DNA of 64,000 nt. It comes from Eledone cirrhosa. Taxonomy: Eukaryota. The stretch covers positions 353,152,001 through 353,216,000 of the forward strand of contig OZ024742.1 in assembly GCA_964016885.1 (NCBI GenBank). The letters run 5' to 3'. Position numbers and translations under genes: made by a program. The notes below the pieces were generated by a model. That model was not told where the DNA came from. It did not search any database and saw only the letters and a list, made by a program, of their open reading frames with translations. Below are positions 63,691-64,000 of this stretch, piece by piece. How positions within the stretch are numbered: position 1 is the stretch's first letter; each line of letters begins with the position of its first letter.

Positions 63691-64000
63691 TTGTTATTAT
63701 TATTAGTAGTAGTTGTAATAGTATGAAATAATAATATTATTAATAATCATCGATTTAATTTACTTTGCATCTACAGAATTTTCCCATGAGATAAATTGTA
63801 TAAACAAATTATTTCCAAGCTCTATTGTTCGATAACTCTGTCAGTGTCGGGTTTAAATCGTGTAACATGGTCCATTAAATTGGCTGCTATAAAAGGCATG
63901 ACATATCAGATTTATATTACAACAAATAGAAATTGTTTCGTATCTTCTACTTTTTCCCGATTTGATTATATTCATACTTAATCAATATTTATCAAATATC

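Overview
AT-rich animal genomic DNA. The SINE, the microsatellite load and the element mix suggest an octopus, but that is inference. No host gene is supported and the window is almost entirely degraded mobile DNA in two zones. Zone 1 (1-37.5 kb) has (TA)n/(TG)n tracts holding many Penelope-like retroelement (PLE) insertions from at least two clades, most as fold-backs (a tailed arm plus an inverted arm). It also holds CR1- and RTE-type LINE scraps, two tRNA-derived SINEs and an internally deleted Helitron. I read about 18 type I hammerhead ribozyme (HHR) motifs in the PLE terminal repeats, intact or decayed. Zone 2 (37.9-63.7 kb) is a 26-kb stack of Tx1/L1-like LINEs (+) and R4/Dong-like RLE LINEs (-), all sitting in (TTA)n. 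The main find is a covarying bulged hairpin, RCTC-stem-loop-stem-NN-GAGY-RCT, at about 13 positions. It usually lies 40-75 nt downstream of an HHR, in PLE families that I cannot otherwise align. In seven fold-backs the inverted arm stops about 3-10 nt before this hairpin, so HHR plus hairpin looks like a shared RNA module that sets where reverse transcription starts. Two divergent Dong-like elements also share an unexplained ~0.8-0.9 kb leader. All alignments and folds were done by eye, so boundaries are approximate.
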